From the NCBI GenBank assembly GCA_963674965.2, contig CAXXFL010000007.1, positions 640,001-704,000 of the forward strand: a stretch of DNA of 64,000 nucleotides, written 5' to 3'. Position numbers and translations under genes: made by a program. This DNA comes from a bacterium (GTDB lineage Bacteria; RBG-13-61-14; DATKZS01). How positions within the stretch are numbered: position 1 is the stretch's first letter; every line of letters starts with the position of its first letter. Under the pieces are notes generated by a model. The model made no database searches and was not told where the DNA came from. It saw only the letters and a list, made by a program, of their open reading frames with translations. Positions 62,621 to 64,000 of this stretch are shown one piece after another.

Positions 62621-63481
62621 ATGAGAAAGATAAAACTGGGTCTGGCGCTGGCGTTGGGACTGGCGCTGGCTTTATCGACGGTGGTCATGGCGGGGGACGA
62701 CGACGTTATCGCCGAGGCGGAGAAGCTTCGGGACCAGGAGAAGTTCGAGGAGGCCAACGCCCTTTTGATGGAGCTGGCCAAGACCAACCCCGACCATCCG
62801 GACGTTTACTGGAAGATTTCCCAGAACTACTACGACATAGGCGAGAGGATCGACATCGAGAAGGACAAGGACAAGAAGCTGGACATGTACGTGAAGGCGG
62901 AGGAGTGGGCGAAGAAGGGATACGACAAGAACCCGGGGCTGGCGGACAATACCTTCTGGATGGCCGTGGGCCTGAGCCAGCAGTCCCAGACCAAGGGCAT
63001 CGCGGCCACCCTGATGTCGGACCGTACCCTGGCCAAGAAGATCGAGGACTATTATATCCAGGCTTCCCAGGCCAAGGAGTATCATTTTAAAAGCGACGAC
63101 TCGGACACGGTCTCGAGCGCTCACTTCGCGCTGGGCCAGTTTTATCGCAAGGTCCCCTCCTCGATCGTGGTGAAGATGCTTATGGGCACGAGGGGAGACA
63201 TGGACAAGTCGGTCGAGCATTGCCGGAAGGCGGTCGAGATGTACCCGAACAGCCACGAGTACAACAAGGAACTCGGGGTGTCGCTGCTTTGCCGGGACGA
63301 CGACGGGGACAAGGCCGAGGCGGCGAAATACCTCAAGAAGGTGGGCGAGCTTACGGCCGAGACGGCCCTGGACAAGATCGACCAGGAGGACGCGAAAAAA
63401 CTTCTGGCCGACCCCTCGATGGCCTGCGGATACAGCCGGGTGCAGCAGGAGGAGGTGTCCGACGACGCCTTTAAGGAATAA
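62621..63481 (+). CDS. Exported TPR-like protein
   Basis: Signal peptide; helical repeats; LGQFYRKVP..GD..KS. Confidence 0.8.
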   Translation: MRKIKLGLALALGLALALSTVVMAGDDDVIAEAEKLRDQEKFEEANALLMELAKTNPDHPDVYWKISQNYYDIGERIDIEKDKDKKLDMYVKAEEWAKKGYDKNPGLADNTFWMAVGLSQQSQTKGIAATLMSDRTLAKKIEDYYIQASQAKEYHFKSDDSDTVSSAHFALGQFYRKVPSSIVVKMLMGTRGDMDKSVEHCRKAVEMYPNSHEYNKELGVSLLCRDDDGDKAEAAKYLKKVGELTAETALDKIDQEDAKKLLADPSMACGYSRVQQEEVSDDAFKE

Positions 63482-63498
63482 TTTAAGGGAGAGCGTTG

Positions 63499-63531
63499 CA
63501 AGGCGCGGGTTTTTCGGCCCGCGCTTTTTTT
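63499..63531 (+). terminator. Rho-independent terminator between convergent genes
   Basis: GCGCGGGT/GCCCGCGC stem plus T-run. Confidence 0.7.
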
Positions 63532-64000
63532 ATTCCTCGCCTTCCTCTTTGCTTCCCTGGTCCGGGTCGTTCCCGTCCTGGACGTCCCGCTCGGGAGGCG
63601 GTTCTTTTCCGTACTCGGAGGCCGGCTCTCCCGTCTCGCACACGGTCAGGTTCTCGTAGCCGGGGGCCTTGCCTCGGAAGGATGTACAGGTGGCGGTCTT
63701 AAACAGCAGCTCTCCCACGTAGTCCTCCTTGATACACTGGATTTGTGATGGCCGCTTTTTCCTCTTGTCGTGGTAGCGGTGACAGTCGTTGCAGTCGCCC
63801 TCCTCGTGGCACTTCACGCAGGTGTCCATTTTGAAAAGCCGCTCCATGGGAACGTTGAGGGTCCCGGCGCCGGTGCAGTGGCATTGCCAGCATTTATAAT
63901 GAGGAGGGAACCGGTGATCGGAGTGCTGGAATATCTGGCGGTCCACGTAGGAGGTTTTTCTTTTTTTCAGCCTGTCGGGATGAAAAATCGACTTCGGGTC
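63530..64000 (-). CDS. Multiheme cytochrome c (c3/c7-like), 5' end beyond the window
   Basis: CWQCH, CVKCH, CNDCH; frame open to position 64000. Confidence 0.8.
   Translation of the reverse strand, partial: DPKSIFHPDRLKKRKTSYVDRQIFQHSDHRFPPHYKCWQCHCTGAGTLNVPMERLFKMDTCVKCHEEGDCNDCHRYHDKRKKRPSQIQCIKEDYVGELLFKTATCTSFRGKAPGYENLTVCETGEPASEYGKEPPPERDVQDGNDPDQGSKEEGEE

Overview
GC-rich bacterial chromosomal window whose gene content suggests a deltaproteobacterium-like organism (Desulfobacterota/Myxococcota-type; inference). Core blocks: dCMP deaminase-nrdR-ribD-ribE; pfkB-pilF/tgl-like-rodZ-TPR peptidase-cpoB-like-LysM; a PAS histidine kinase with three stand-alone receivers; a cobalamin riboswitch ahead of a BtuB-like receptor and a beta-propeller lipoprotein; and a GH4/DegT/kinase/Gfo sugar operon. 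Accessory material includes a kinase-WD40 protein, three tandem paralogues, low-GC orphans, two toxin-antitoxin loci (one with an internal stop) and REP/MITE-like repeats. Best leads: (1) a tandem array of three promoter-seed-terminator units at 4941-5279 that looks like sibling ECF-sigma-driven sRNAs with an anti-start-codon seed; (2) a HEPN-like gene inserted between two recoded copies of a convergent gene junction (52891-54457); (3) a shared 'NYQGRL' module on three exported proteins, one a multiheme cytochrome; (4) a possible 3-amino-sugar (kanosamine-type) pathway. No rRNA, tRNA, CRISPR array, integrase or transposase was recognised. All family calls come from motif recognition by eye, not from database searches.
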